From assembly GCA_944355355.1 (NCBI GenBank), contig CALVQE010000001.1, positions 69,351 through 133,350 of the forward strand: 64,000 nt of DNA, in the 5' to 3' direction. The notes under the pieces were generated by a model, which saw only the letters and a list, made by a program, of their open reading frames with translations, had not been told where the DNA came from and did not search any database. The first letter of the stretch is position 1; each line of letters starts with the position of its first letter. Below, in pieces: positions 29,014-39,593 of this stretch. Made by a program: the position numbers and the translations under genes. Source of the stretch: an uncultured Bacilli bacterium. Lineage in GTDB: Bacteria; Bacillota_I; Bacilli_A; RF39; UBA660.

Positions 29014-30369
29014 ATGGATACAACAATCGCCGCAATATCTACAAACAATATAGGCTCATCAGCAATTAATATAGTTCGTGTAAGTGGTAAAGATGCTATA
29101 AAAATTGTTAGTTCAGTTTTTACAAATAAAAAATTAGAAACAGCTCCTAGCCATACTATTCACTATGGTTATATTACAGAAGGAAAAGAAAAAATCGATG
29201 AAGTATTAGTTATGCTTATGCGCGCGCCTAAGACTTATACAACAGAAGATACAGTAGAAATAAACTGTCATGGAGGTTATTTGACAACCAACAAGGTGTT
29301 AGAAACATTATTAACTCATGGAGCTGTACTAGCTGAACCTGGAGAATTCACTAAAAGAGCTTATTTAAATGGCCGTATTAATTTGCTAGAAGCAGAAAGT
29401 GTAAGCGACATGTTAGAGGCTAGAACCGAAAGTCAATCTAAAATGGCTATGCAAGGATTAACTGGAAAAACAACTGCCCTAATCTCTAACTTAAGAGAAA
29501 AAATGGTAGAGCTTTTAGCTAATATTGAAGTAAATATAGATTACCCAGAGTATACAGATGAATTAATTATTACGAAAGAAAACATTACTCCAGTTTTAAC
29601 GGAAATAAAAAAAGAATTAGAAAAAATTATAAATGAATCCAAAAATGGCCAATTAATAAAAAATGGTATTAACATAGCAATTGTTGGCCGACCAAATGTT
29701 GGTAAATCTTCGTTATTAAATGCAATATTAGAAGAGGACAAGGCAATTGTAACAGATATATCAGGAACAACAAGAGATATCATAGAAGGTGTCATAACAT
29801 ATCAAGGAATTTTATTCAATTTTATTGATACTGCCGGTATAAGAAAAACTGATGATATTGTGGAAAAAATAGGTGTGGAAAAAAGTAAAAAAATGTTAGA
29901 ACAAGCTGATTTTACTATCTTAGTTTTAAATAATAATGAACCATTCACAAGTGAAGATCAAGAATTATTAAAAAGTATTGATCCAGAAAAGGGAATTATT
30001 TTTATAAATAAAATAGATCTAGAAACAAAATTAAATTTAAACCAAAATAAACTAGCGGTATTAAGAGGAAGCACTATTAGTAAAGAAGGCATAGAAGAAT
30101 TAAAAGATAAGATCTTATCTTCCTTTGCTTTAAAAGATATTGCTACAAAAGACTTAACTTATCTATCAAACACAAGACAGATCAGTTTAGCCAAAAATGC
30201 TCTAGAGAACATAAAACATGTTATTTCTGAAAATGAAAAAGATGTACCAGTTGATATGTTAGCTATCGAAATTAAAGAAGCTTGGGAAAATTTAGGCAAA
30301 ATAATGGGCGAATATTATGAAGACGAATTAGTCGACAACATTTTTGTTAGATTTTGTTTAGGAAAGTAG
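29014..30369 (+). CDS. mnmE: tRNA modification GTPase MnmE
   Basis: G1 motif GRPNVGKSS, C-terminal CLGK. Confidence 0.95.
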   Translation: MDTTIAAISTNNIGSSAINIVRVSGKDAIKIVSSVFTNKKLETAPSHTIHYGYITEGKEKIDEVLVMLMRAPKTYTTEDTVEINCHGGYLTTNKVLETLLTHGAVLAEPGEFTKRAYLNGRINLLEAESVSDMLEARTESQSKMAMQGLTGKTTALISNLREKMVELLANIEVNIDYPEYTDELIITKENITPVLTEIKKELEKIINESKNGQLIKNGINIAIVGRPNVGKSSLLNAILEEDKAIVTDISGTTRDIIEGVITYQGILFNFIDTAGIRKTDDIVEKIGVEKSKKMLEQADFTILVLNNNEPFTSEDQELLKSIDPEKGIIFINKIDLETKLNLNQNKLAVLRGSTISKEGIEELKDKILSSFALKDIATKDLTYLSNTRQISLAKNALENIKHVISENEKDVPVDMLAIEIKEAWENLGKIMGEYYEDELVDNIFVRFCLGK

Positions 30370-30377
30370 GTGATAAA

Positions 30378-32249
30378 ATGGAATATGAAATTATCGTAGT
30401 AGGAGGGGGACACGCTGGCATTGAAGCCGCTCACATTGCAGCTTTCAAAGGTCATAAGACCCTTTTAATAACAATGAATAAACAAAATATTGGAGATATG
30501 CCTTGTAATCCGTCTATTGGAGGAACAGCAAAAGGTATCATTGTTAGGGAAATAGAAGCCTTAGGTGGCTTAATGGGAAAAATTGCTGATCGTTCTCATT
30601 TTCAAATTAAGATGTTGAACAATTCCAAGGGTCCAGCAGTGCGTTCCTTAAGAGCTCAAGCAGACAAAGTTATTTATCCTAAAAATATGTTAAAAGCTTT
30701 AGAAGAAACAGAAAATTTAGATATTTTAGAAGGAATGGTTGAAGACCTTATTATAGAAGATAATGTAGTAAAAGGTGTGATATTAGAAAATACTCAAACA
30801 ATAAAAGCTCAGATTGTTATTTTAACCACAGGAACTTACTTAAAAGCAAACATTTTAATTGGTTCTGAAAATACCGAAAGTGGTCCACATGGTGAAAGAC
30901 GAAGCAATTATCTTAGTGACAACTTAAAAAAATATGGTTTAGAGATTCAAAGATTAAAAACTGGTACACCTCAAAGAATAAAAGCAAGCAGTATTGACTT
31001 TTCTAAAATGCATGAAGAAAATGGTGACGATTGTCTCTGGACATTCTCTTTTGATGAACCAGCAACCTATAAACCAAATGAACAACAAAAATGCTATCTA
31101 ATATATACAAATGAGAACACACATAAAATCATTTTAAATAACTTAGAAAAATCAGCTATGTATGGTGGCTACGTTACAGGAGTTGGGCCAAGATACTGTC
31201 CAAGCATTGAAGATAAATTAGTTCGGTTTAAAGATAAAGAAAGACACCAATTATTTTTAGAACCAGAAAGTTTATATTATGATGAATGGTATCTTCAAGG
31301 CTTTTCGACTTCAATGCCTCGTGATGTTCAAGAAAAAATGGTTCACTCTTTAGAAGGACTTGAAAATGCTATTATTTCCAAATATGCCTATGCGATTGAA
31401 TATGATGCCATAAATCCATTACAGATCACTCCAACATTAGAATCAAAAATAATTACTAATCTCTTTACTGCTGGTCAAATTAATGGCACAAGTGGTTATG
31501 AAGAAGCCGCAGGACAAGGCTTAATTGCTGGCATTAATGCAAGTTTAAAAATAGAACAAAAAGAACCTCTCATTTTAAAAAGAAATGAAGCATATATTGG
31601 AGTATTAATAGATGACCTTGTAACCAAAGGCACTCAAGAACCGTATCGAATGCTTACTTCGCGTGCCGAATTTCGTTTAATTTTACGACATGACAATGCT
31701 GACTTGCGCTTGCGAGAGTTGGCTCATCAAAAAGGAACAATTACTGACCAACAATATCAAAATTATCTTAACCGAAAAAAAGCCTTAGAAGAAGGAGAAA
31801 AATACTTAAGACAAACTAAATTAAAAATCACTTCTGAAATTAAAGAAATATTTATTCAAGAAAATAAAACCGTTCCTGTCGTAACTGAAAGTCTATTTGA
31901 TCTTTTAAAAAGACCAGAAATAACAATGAACTTTTTAAAAAATTTTATAGAAATTCCCTTTACAAGTGATATTGAAGAAGAATTAGAAATTCAAATTAAA
32001 TATGAGGGATATATAAAAAAGACATATAAAGAAGTAGAAAAGATGACAAAATTAGAAGAAAAGCAAATTCCTAAAGATATCGATTATCAAAAAGTCAAAA
32101 ATTTAGCTTCAGAAGCTCGTCAAAAACTAGAGAAAGTTCGTCCTATCTCTCTAGGGCAGGCTGCTCGTATAAGTGGCGTTAATCCAAGTGACTTAAGTAT
32201 ACTAAGTATTTATTTAAAGAAAGAGTATGGAAAATATGAACAAAAATGA
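30378..32249 (+). CDS. mnmG: tRNA uridine 5-carboxymethylaminomethyl modification enzyme MnmG
   Basis: FAD motif VVGGGHAGIEAA. Start at MEYEIIVVGGG. Confidence 0.95.
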   Translation: MEYEIIVVGGGHAGIEAAHIAAFKGHKTLLITMNKQNIGDMPCNPSIGGTAKGIIVREIEALGGLMGKIADRSHFQIKMLNNSKGPAVRSLRAQADKVIYPKNMLKALEETENLDILEGMVEDLIIEDNVVKGVILENTQTIKAQIVILTTGTYLKANILIGSENTESGPHGERRSNYLSDNLKKYGLEIQRLKTGTPQRIKASSIDFSKMHEENGDDCLWTFSFDEPATYKPNEQQKCYLIYTNENTHKIILNNLEKSAMYGGYVTGVGPRYCPSIEDKLVRFKDKERHQLFLEPESLYYDEWYLQGFSTSMPRDVQEKMVHSLEGLENAIISKYAYAIEYDAINPLQITPTLESKIITNLFTAGQINGTSGYEEAAGQGLIAGINASLKIEQKEPLILKRNEAYIGVLIDDLVTKGTQEPYRMLTSRAEFRLILRHDNADLRLRELAHQKGTITDQQYQNYLNRKKALEEGEKYLRQTKLKITSEIKEIFIQENKTVPVVTESLFDLLKRPEITMNFLKNFIEIPFTSDIEEELEIQIKYEGYIKKTYKEVEKMTKLEEKQIPKDIDYQKVKNLASEARQKLEKVRPISLGQAARISGVNPSDLSILSIYLKKEYGKYEQK

Positions 32250-32940
32250 ATGGATAGAAGAAATTAAAAAATTAAATATAAACTTAACAGAAGAACAAAT
32301 AGACAAATTAGATGAATATGCCAATTTTCTTTTAGAATATAATCAATACACGAACTTAACAGCAATAAAAACTAAAGAAGAAGTTTATTTAAAACACTTT
32401 TACGATTCTTTAACATTAATAAAAATAGCAAATTTAACTGAAGGTAAACTTTTAGATGTAGGTACAGGAGCTGGTTTTCCAGGGCTTGTCTTAGCCATTG
32501 CATTTCCTAAATTAGAAGTGACACTATTAGATAGTAATAATAAAAAGATCGCTTTCTTAGACGAGTGTATTCAAAAGTTAAAAATATCAAATGCTACAAC
32601 AGTATATGATAGAGCTGAAAATTACACCAGAACACATCGTGAACAGTTTGACTTTGTAACCTCTAGGGCAGTTGCAGAACTAAGAATACTTTTAGAACTA
32701 AATATTCCAGCTTTAAAAATAAACGGCGAATTTCTTGTAATGAAAGCTAACGTTGAAGAAGAGTTAAATCAAGCCTTAAAAACTATAGAAATTTTAGATT
32801 GTAAAATAATCAGTCAAGAAATATTTGAACTTCCTAAAAATGGAGGAAAACGAACTTTATTAAAGATAAAAAAAGAAAAACAAACCCTTTTAAAGTATCC
32901 CAGAACTTATGACAAAATAAAGAAGAAAGCAATTGGTTAA
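32227..32940 (+). CDS. rsmG: 16S rRNA (guanine527-N7)-methyltransferase RsmG
   Basis: GidB family, SAM motif LDVGTGAGFPG. Confidence 0.93.
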   Translation: MENMNKNEWIEEIKKLNINLTEEQIDKLDEYANFLLEYNQYTNLTAIKTKEEVYLKHFYDSLTLIKIANLTEGKLLDVGTGAGFPGLVLAIAFPKLEVTLLDSNNKKIAFLDECIQKLKISNATTVYDRAENYTRTHREQFDFVTSRAVAELRILLELNIPALKINGEFLVMKANVEEELNQALKTIEILDCKIISQEIFELPKNGGKRTLLKIKKEKQTLLKYPRTYDKIKKKAIG

Positions 32941-33091
32941 AGATTAATACAAACATTAAAGCTTAAAAATGAATAGAATAGTGAAAAACTATTTTATTTT
33001 TTTCTTAATTATTCTAAACAACTCTTGCCTAATTGTAAAATAGCTGTTAAAATTAAATATAGATAAAATAAGCGGTAAGGGGCTGATTTTA

Positions 33092-34306
33092 GTGAATACA
33101 GAACAAAAGGTAATACAAGTACCGATTGAAGATATTATTCCCAATCGTTTTCAACCACGTCTGGCTTTTGATGAAGAAGGATTAAAAGAATTATCTGAAT
33201 CAATTAAACAACATGGCATTATTCAACCATTAGTTTTAAGAAGACTAGGGGATAAATACGAAATTATTGCCGGCGAAAGAAGATACAAAGCTGCAACAAT
33301 GGCAGGGTTAAGAACAGTTCCAGCTATTGTTTCTGATATCGATGATAATAAAAGTGCCGAAATTGCTTTAGTAGAAAACATTCAAAGAAGAAATCTTACA
33401 CCAATTGAAGAAGCAAAATCTTATAAAAATCTTTTAGACCGAGGCTATATGACACAAGAGCAACTAGCTGAGAAAATGGGTGTGAGTCAAAGTTCTATTG
33501 CTAATAAATTAAGATTATTAAATTTAGCACCTGAAGTCCAAGATGCTCTTTTACAAGAAAAAATCAGTGAAAGACATGCAAGAAGTTTACTATCTTTACC
33601 AAAAGAAGAACAAGCTGAATGGTTACAAAAGATAATAACAAAACGTTTAACCGTTCGTCAATTAGACTTAGAAATAAAAAAAGCGAAAGGAGAACAGGGG
33701 GAAGAAATTCCATTAGTTTCTTCTCAACCAGATTTAAATACTATGATAAATAACGCAACAGACATTAATCCAACAGAAGTTCAAGAAAAAACACCAATAA
33801 AAGAACCTGTAGTAGAAGAAAAAAATATGCCAAATAAGTTTTTTAACTTTTTGGAAGATGAAGCAGCAAATATGAACATGACAATAAATTCAAATCTTAA
33901 TACACCAATTGAAGATACCCAACCAGAAGATACAAATATTGAAGTGTTAGATGATTTTAGTCTCGAAGAACCAGCAAAAGAGGAAACTAAAACTCAAGAA
34001 GAGGATACAATCATGCCGTTCTTCTTTGGAGCTAATACATCCGAAAATAAAGAACAAAATACAATAGAAGAAATTAAAAATACACCTCAAGAAATAATTG
34101 TTGATCCTATGGATTCAGTGATGAAATTAGATCCAAACTACAATAAAAAAGTAGAAGAAGCTCAAGGATTAGATTTAAAAACCGCTATAAATGAAGTTCG
34201 CGATTTAGTCGAACAACTAAAGGCTCGGGGCTTCCAAATTAACTTAGATGAACTTGATCTTTCGGGCAATTACCAAATGACAATAAGCATTAAAAATGAT
34301 GACTAG
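33092..34306 (+). CDS. noc: ParB/Noc-family protein with Noc-type DNA-recognition residues and a long acidic C-terminal extension; likely nucleoid occlusion protein Noc rather than Spo0J
   Basis: GTG start with an AAGGGG RBS. The ParB N-terminal box is IPNRFQPR, which is Noc-like (Spo0J has PNPYQPR). The HTH reads GVSQSSIANKLRLLNLAPEVQDALLQEKISERHAR, giving Gln, Lys and Arg at the positions that discriminate NBS from parS, versus R...G in Spo0J. It sits directly after rsmG, where B. subtilis has noc. It is 404 aa, against about 283 for a typical Noc. Confidence 0.6.
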   Translation: MNTEQKVIQVPIEDIIPNRFQPRLAFDEEGLKELSESIKQHGIIQPLVLRRLGDKYEIIAGERRYKAATMAGLRTVPAIVSDIDDNKSAEIALVENIQRRNLTPIEEAKSYKNLLDRGYMTQEQLAEKMGVSQSSIANKLRLLNLAPEVQDALLQEKISERHARSLLSLPKEEQAEWLQKIITKRLTVRQLDLEIKKAKGEQGEEIPLVSSQPDLNTMINNATDINPTEVQEKTPIKEPVVEEKNMPNKFFNFLEDEAANMNMTINSNLNTPIEDTQPEDTNIEVLDDFSLEEPAKEETKTQEEDTIMPFFFGANTSENKEQNTIEEIKNTPQEIIVDPMDSVMKLDPNYNKKVEEAQGLDLKTAINEVRDLVEQLKARGFQINLDELDLSGNYQMTISIKNDD

Positions 34307-34343
34307 TGATTAGTCATTTTTTTCTATAAAGAAAGGAAATTTT

Positions 34344-35480
34344 ATGAAAAGACTGATAAAATGCATAGTATTAAGCAGTTTAATTATCTTAGGAATATGT
34401 TTAATATGGATAAAAAAAGAAAATACTTCCAATAACCCAAATGAAAAGACATCAGATGTAATACCAGATCTATTTGAACAAGAAAAAATATTAGCCAATC
34501 AAAAACTTCAAACCATAAGTATAGATGAAAAAATAGGACAACTATTTTTAGTAAGAATTCCTGAACAGGGTATTGAAGAAGATATTCAAAATTATCAATT
34601 TGGCGGTCTTCTTTATTTTGCCAAAGATTTTAAAAACTTAACTAAAAATGAAGTTCAAAATAAAATAAGTAATTATCAATCCCTTGCAAAAATTCCAATG
34701 CTTATGGCTGTCGATGAAGAAGGTGGAACTGTCTCCAGAATCAGTAGTAATAAAAATCTAGTCGCTGATCCATTCTTATCACCAAGCAAACTATATCAAA
34801 AAGGAGGACTAGAGGCAATAAAAGAAGACACCATTAAAAAAACAAATATCTTATCTGAATTAGGCTTAAACTTAAATTTAGCCCCAGTAGTAGATATAAC
34901 TTTAAACAAAGAAGATTATATGTATGAAAGAAGTCTTCAAGAAGACGCCCAAACAACTTCTGAATATGCCCAAACAGTTATTCGAACTAGTGATCCCTCA
35001 AAGCTTTCCTTTACATTAAAACATTTTCCAGGTTATGGTAACAATGCAGATACCCATCAAGGCATAAGTATAGACACAAGAGACTTAAATACCATTAAAC
35101 AACAGGATTTAAAACCATTTATAGCTGGAATAAATGCTCAAGCAGAAGCCGTTTTGATTAGCCATAACATCGTAACAGCCATTGATTCTCTAAATCCTGC
35201 ATCTCTTTCTAAGCCAGTCCATGATTTATTAAAAAATGAATTACACTTTACTGGAATAATCATTACAGATAACCTAGACATGGCAGGAGTAGATATTGAT
35301 GAAGAAACAAAAATCTATAAAGCTCTGACCAGCGGTAATGACTTACTAATCACTACAGATTATAAAAATGATATTTCCATCGTAAAAAAATTACTTTCAG
35401 AGAAAGTAATTGATGAAGAATTAATAAATGAAAAAGTTGTAAAAATTTTGGCTTGGAAATACTATAAAAAGCTAATCTAA
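34344..35480 (+). CDS. glycoside hydrolase family 3 beta-N-acetylhexosaminidase (NagZ/YbbD-like), membrane-anchored
   Basis: N-terminal TM segment, GH3 motif KHFPGYG, catalytic region ITDNLDMAG. Confidence 0.8.
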   Translation: MKRLIKCIVLSSLIILGICLIWIKKENTSNNPNEKTSDVIPDLFEQEKILANQKLQTISIDEKIGQLFLVRIPEQGIEEDIQNYQFGGLLYFAKDFKNLTKNEVQNKISNYQSLAKIPMLMAVDEEGGTVSRISSNKNLVADPFLSPSKLYQKGGLEAIKEDTIKKTNILSELGLNLNLAPVVDITLNKEDYMYERSLQEDAQTTSEYAQTVIRTSDPSKLSFTLKHFPGYGNNADTHQGISIDTRDLNTIKQQDLKPFIAGINAQAEAVLISHNIVTAIDSLNPASLSKPVHDLLKNELHFTGIIITDNLDMAGVDIDEETKIYKALTSGNDLLITTDYKNDISIVKKLLSEKVIDEELINEKVVKILAWKYYKKLI

Positions 35481-37420
35481 GAAGAATTTTCCTCTTTAGC
35501 CACACTTTGAGTTTCCGTACCCTTAACATAGTAAAATATTGTATTATTTTCTGTACTGTTAATTTCTCCAGTGACAGCATTTTGAACAAGACCTATTACA
35601 TTTTGAGGTTTTTCATACCAAGAATCTTCTGTATCTTGTAAAATTTTTTCCATCGTATCTAACCAAATATTTTTAGAATAATAGCTTGCTGTACTATCAA
35701 CCTCTTTAGCCTCGTCATTACCAACCCATACCAACATAAGTAAATCAGGATTATAGCCAACGCTCCAAGAATCCGTATTTGTTGTTCCAGTTTTCAAAGC
35801 ATATTTTCTCGTCATTCGATTGGCCAAAGATAAAGCCGTTGGAGTCGTATAATCAGAAAATATAGCATTTGTTGTTCCCGTCATCATTTCATTAAGAATA
35901 TAAACATAATTACTATTTAAAACGTAATTGTGTTTATTTTTATGTTCATAAAGAACATTACCTTCCATGTCTTCAACCCGTTCAATAAAATAAATATCTT
36001 TTTCATCACCGCCACTTGCTAAAGTTGCATATCCATGAGCAAAATCAAGCATATTTAATTCACTTGTTCCAAGTGCCAAAGAAGGATTTCCAACCAATTC
36101 TTCTTCAATCCCAGCTAACTTAGCCGTATTAACAAGCGTATCTGTACCTAAAAACAAATGTGTCTTTACCGCGTAAACATTATCCGAATAAGCTATGGCA
36201 GCCGCCATCGTAATATCCTTATTACCATAAATCTGATTATAATTATTAGGAGAATAAACTTGATTATTAGCAAAATGAAAAGTTGTCGGTTCACTTGTAA
36301 ATGTCGAAGAAGAAACTAAACCGTTTTCCAAAGCAGCATAATACAAAAAAGGTTTCATAGTACTTCCAACTTGTCTTTTTGCCTGAGTCGCTCGATTATA
36401 TTGACTTTTTGCATAATTAAGCCCACCTGTTAAAGCTCGCACTGCCCCAGTCGTTGGATCAACAATTACACTAGCCACTTGTAATTCATCTTGTTCTCCC
36501 ATATAACTTAAAATAGACTCTTCCATCTTTGCTTGAGCATCCATATCAAAAGTAGTATAAATTTTTAAGCCACCTGATTCCAACAAAGAAGTAGGAACAG
36601 ACTTAATACTTTCAAGCTCTTTTAATACGGCATCCTGATAATATAAAATCATCTGCGAGTTATTTTCTGTCCTCTTTCCATATATAGGTATTTCACTTTG
36701 AAAAAGTCCATCATATTCTTCTTGAGTAATGTAGCCATTTTTAAGCATAGAATCAGCCACAATCCAAGCTCTTTCAATACAAGCTTCATAATCACTTACT
36801 GGATTATAATTACCTGGATTCTTAGGAATACCAGCTAACATAATTGCTTCCTCAAGAGTTAAATCTTTACTACTCTTATTAAAATAATACTTACTAGCGT
36901 CTTCAATACCATAATTTCCTTCACCATAATTAATTGTATTTAAATATCCTTCTAAAATACTATCCTTACTATAATGCACTTCCAATTCAACAGTTAAAAA
37001 AGCTTCTTCAATTTTTCTTGACCAAGTTTGATCAAAAGTTAAAAACATATTTTTTATATATTGTTGTGATATCGTTGATGCCCCTTGACGTGTATTATTT
37101 TTAATATTAGAAACTAAAGCTTTGCCAATTCTTAAAAAATCAAACCCAAAATGTTGATAGAAATTTTTATCCTCTACACTTACTACTGCATTCTTTAAAT
37201 TTTCAGAAATATCATTAATACTAATCCAATCATTAGACCCAGATCCCTGATAAATCAAATTTTCTTCATGATCATAAATAAAAACCTTTCCCATATTCTT
37301 TAATTCTAATTTGGGTGAGAAAAACGCATAAACATAAATTCCTATTAACACGACCAATCCAGACAAAAATAAAAATAAACCAATTTTAACACACCATTTT
37401 AATATCTTCATGGAATCCAC
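35477..37420 (-). CDS. class A penicillin-binding protein (transglycosylase plus transpeptidase)
   Basis: GT51 motifs SVEDKNFYQHFGFD and STISQQ. Transpeptidase motifs STMKPF, SxN and KTGT. Confidence 0.9.
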   Translation of the reverse strand: MDSMKILKWCVKIGLFLFLSGLVVLIGIYVYAFFSPKLELKNMGKVFIYDHEENLIYQGSGSNDWISINDISENLKNAVVSVEDKNFYQHFGFDFLRIGKALVSNIKNNTRQGASTISQQYIKNMFLTFDQTWSRKIEEAFLTVELEVHYSKDSILEGYLNTINYGEGNYGIEDASKYYFNKSSKDLTLEEAIMLAGIPKNPGNYNPVSDYEACIERAWIVADSMLKNGYITQEEYDGLFQSEIPIYGKRTENNSQMILYYQDAVLKELESIKSVPTSLLESGGLKIYTTFDMDAQAKMEESILSYMGEQDELQVASVIVDPTTGAVRALTGGLNYAKSQYNRATQAKRQVGSTMKPFLYYAALENGLVSSSTFTSEPTTFHFANNQVYSPNNYNQIYGNKDITMAAAIAYSDNVYAVKTHLFLGTDTLVNTAKLAGIEEELVGNPSLALGTSELNMLDFAHGYATLASGGDEKDIYFIERVEDMEGNVLYEHKNKHNYVLNSNYVYILNEMMTGTTNAIFSDYTTPTALSLANRMTRKYALKTGTTNTDSWSVGYNPDLLMLVWVGNDEAKEVDSTASYYSKNIWLDTMEKILQDTEDSWYEKPQNVIGLVQNAVTGEINSTENNTIFYYVKGTETQSVAKEENSS

Positions 37421-37561
37421 CTAGACTTAGTATGAAACAAAATAAAAAAAATATAAGAAAAATTTATAAGAAACAATCCAGCTTTTCTTAATAGTAAAAT
37501 AAATCTTTTATTTCTCTCCATTCCATGTTATAATGTACCGGAAAAAAAGAGGTGTTTTTCA

Positions 37562-37921
37562 TTGAAACTACAATGTCAATTGCTAAAAAAAGGCCAAGTA
37601 GAATTAGAATATAAAGATATTCCATATCAATCAGATAATAATATATTAAAATTTGAATTAGAAAATGTTCTTCATGAAATAGATTTACAAAAGAAGACAT
37701 TTATAAGAGAAAATGATGAGTATTCCTTCTTTTTAGACATTGAAGGTCAAACAAGTGAGATAAGTTTAAAAAAGGAAAAATATTACTTGCAAGTTCTAGT
37801 AGAGTATGCTAATCTATTGACGATGAAAAATATGATTAAATTAACATACTTTTTAGAGACAGATGATAATGAAATGGAATTTATTATAGAATTAGAAGGT
37901 GAGAATTTTGATAACGAATAA
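37562..37921 (+). CDS. DUF1934/YwiB-like small protein
   Basis: 119 aa with a TTG start, immediately upstream of argS as in the B. subtilis ywiB-argS pair. Confidence 0.5.
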   Translation: MKLQCQLLKKGQVELEYKDIPYQSDNNILKFELENVLHEIDLQKKTFIRENDEYSFFLDIEGQTSEISLKKEKYYLQVLVEYANLLTMKNMIKLTYFLETDDNEMEFIIELEGENFDNE

Positions 37922-39590
37922 AATAGAAAAAGAAATAGAAATAGTCTTGAATGAATTAGAAATGCCTTTAGAAGGCGTTGCTGTAACAATTTCTAATCGT
38001 AAAGACCTATGCGACTATCAATTTGATGGCGTATTTAAACTAGCTAAACTATACCATAAAAATCCTATGGAAATAGGTTCTCAAATTGTCGAAAAACTAA
38101 AGAACAATCAGGATTACCAAAAAGTTGAAATACTACCACCAGGATTTATAAACTTTACTTTGAGCGATTCCTGCATTAATAATGAATTAAATAATATGCT
38201 TCAAAATGAAAAATATAATATAAAAATGCCTGCCAAAGAAACAATAGTTATTGATTACGGAGGACCAAATATTGCTAAACCTCTTCATGTAGGTCACTTA
38301 AGAAGCGCAATTGTCGGTGAAGCAATTAAAAGAATGTTAAAATACATGGGCCACAATGTAATCTCTGATGTTCACCTTGGTGATTATGGACTACAAATTG
38401 GTCAAGTTATTTATGGTTTGCAACAAGAAAATATTTCTTTACAAGATATCACTCTAGAAGATTTAGAAAGAATTTATCCTCAAATGAGCAAACTCTGCAA
38501 AGAAGATGAGAATGTTAAAACAATCTGTGCAACCATTACTAAAGACTTGCAAGATGGAAATGAAGAATACCAAACCTACTTTAAAGTAATTAAAGAGTTA
38601 TCTCAATCTGATATTAAAAGAATTTATGATTATTTAGATGTATCCTTTGACTTATGGAATGGAGAATCTGATGCCTACCCATATATTACAAAAGTTACAG
38701 AAGAACTAGAAGCAAAACACCTATTAAAAGACAGTGAAGGCGCTAAAATTGTTGAAGTGAGCAAAGACAGTGATTCTAAAGAAATACCACCATTAATTTA
38801 TCAAAAAAGTAATGGAGCATATCTTTATGGAACAACTGACTTAGGAACAATCAAACAAAGAAGTATAGATTATCAACCAGATCGCATTTTATATGTAACC
38901 GATCGTCGTCAAGCCTTACACTTTGAATCAGTTTTTCGTGTATGTAATCTATTAGGTTATAAAGAAAAATTTGAACATCTTGGCTTTGGAACCGTAAATG
39001 GTCCTGATGGTAAACCTTTTAAAACAAGAGCTGGAAATACACCAAAATTAGAAGAATTATTTGAAGAAACAAAACAGACATTCTTAAATTCAAGTGAAAA
39101 AAATCAAGGTATGAATGAATCTGATTTAGACATCCTAGTAAATGCAATCATTAAATTTGCTGATCTTCAAAATAACCGTGAAAAAGATTATATTTTTGAC
39201 ATTAAAAAATTTTCTCAAACAACAGGAAAGACAGGACCATATATTTTATATACATATCTTCGGGTAAATAAAATATTAACTCAAGAAAATAAGCAGTCAG
39301 AAACGCTAAATAAAATCATTTATAACAAAGAAGATCGAGATCTAAGATTAAAGATAATAGAACTAGAAAGCGCACTGAAATATGCCGTAGATACAAGGCT
39401 TCCTTCACTTCTTGCTAATTATCTTTATGAATTATGTGTAAATATAAATGCATTTTACGAAAAGAATCATATTAATAATCTAGATGATGTAAACAAAAAA
39501 GAAAATTGGTTGATTTTGCTCGCATTATCTAATAATATAATTAAGGATATGTTAGACTTATTAAGTATAAAAATACCAGAAAGGATGTAA
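37899..39590 (+). CDS. argS: arginyl-tRNA synthetase
   Basis: HIGH motif PLHVGHLRS, anticodon-binding C-terminal domain. Confidence 0.95.
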   Translation: MRILITNKIEKEIEIVLNELEMPLEGVAVTISNRKDLCDYQFDGVFKLAKLYHKNPMEIGSQIVEKLKNNQDYQKVEILPPGFINFTLSDSCINNELNNMLQNEKYNIKMPAKETIVIDYGGPNIAKPLHVGHLRSAIVGEAIKRMLKYMGHNVISDVHLGDYGLQIGQVIYGLQQENISLQDITLEDLERIYPQMSKLCKEDENVKTICATITKDLQDGNEEYQTYFKVIKELSQSDIKRIYDYLDVSFDLWNGESDAYPYITKVTEELEAKHLLKDSEGAKIVEVSKDSDSKEIPPLIYQKSNGAYLYGTTDLGTIKQRSIDYQPDRILYVTDRRQALHFESVFRVCNLLGYKEKFEHLGFGTVNGPDGKPFKTRAGNTPKLEELFEETKQTFLNSSEKNQGMNESDLDILVNAIIKFADLQNNREKDYIFDIKKFSQTTGKTGPYILYTYLRVNKILTQENKQSETLNKIIYNKEDRDLRLKIIELESALKYAVDTRLPSLLANYLYELCVNINAFYEKNHINNLDDVNKKENWLILLALSNNIIKDMLDLLSIKIPERM

Positions 39591-39593
39591 AAA

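Noticed and set aside
25836-29795. Minus-strand ORFs 25836-26060, 26806-27030, 28785-29048 and 29541-29795
   Set aside because: Antisense to yidC, jag, the 541-aa gene and mnmE.
34310-37989. ORFs 34310-34498, 35353-35589, 37488-37700 and 37783-37989
   Set aside because: Antisense or overlapping the GH3 gene, the PBP gene, and the ywiB/argS starts.
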